Below are positions 63,834-64,000 of a stretch of DNA of 64,000 nucleotides, piece after piece. Positions within the stretch are counted from its first letter, which is position 1, and each line of letters starts with the position of its first letter. The stretch is from positions 30,132,001 to 30,196,000 of the forward strand of contig NC_088858.1 in assembly GCF_963853765.1 (NCBI RefSeq). The letters run 5' to 3'. A program made the position numbers and the translations under genes. Origin of the DNA: Magallana gigas. Lineage: Eukaryota. The notes beneath the pieces were generated by a model that was not told the origin of the DNA, ran no database searches, and saw only the letters and a list, made by a program, of their open reading frames with translations.

Positions 63834-64000
63834 AAACAAGAGGTCTAGAGGCCACATTGCTCACCTGATCAACAATAGTAACAATTTTACTGGTCAAATC
63901 TACTACAAGCTATCAAATGAAAATATCTGAACGAATTGAGTTGATCTTCTTTAGAAAGATTTTTTAATTATTCCAAATCTAAACATCAAGCTACTTTTTG
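63834..64000 (+). mobile_element. 5' end of another HINE-like element
   Basis: AAACAAGAGGTCTAGAGGCCACATTGCTCACCTGA head, similar to 52781 and 58055. Confidence 0.5.

Overview
This is AT-rich eukaryotic genomic DNA, most likely an oyster (Crassostrea/Magallana-like; inferred from the repeat families). There are no prokaryotic features. About 60 kb of the window is one minus-strand, intron-rich gene. I traced by hand about 118 in-frame exons with consistent splice phases from 60890 down to 595, roughly 6,300 aa. Both ends appear open: the 5' end is unresolved and the 3' end runs off the left edge. The order from N to C is: amphipathic helical region, M23/LECT2-like Zn-metallopeptidase domain with intact HxxxD and HxH motifs, acidic/Thr-rich linker, helical segment, SAP-like motif, then 30 tandem copies (last one partial) of a divergent ~200-aa, 10-Cys module, with a second SAP-like motif between units 1 and 2. 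I do not recognise the module as a named family. Paired cysteine losses among units allow a full disulfide map to be inferred. The introns carry Helentron-type (HINE-like) elements with ~165-180 bp satellite arrays, TTAA-flanked MITEs with tRNA-like inserts, an RTE-like LINE tail, hairpin MITEs and (TA)n microsatellites. Exon coordinates were counted manually and may be off by a few bases. Almost all plus-strand ORFs in the supplied track are antisense shadows.
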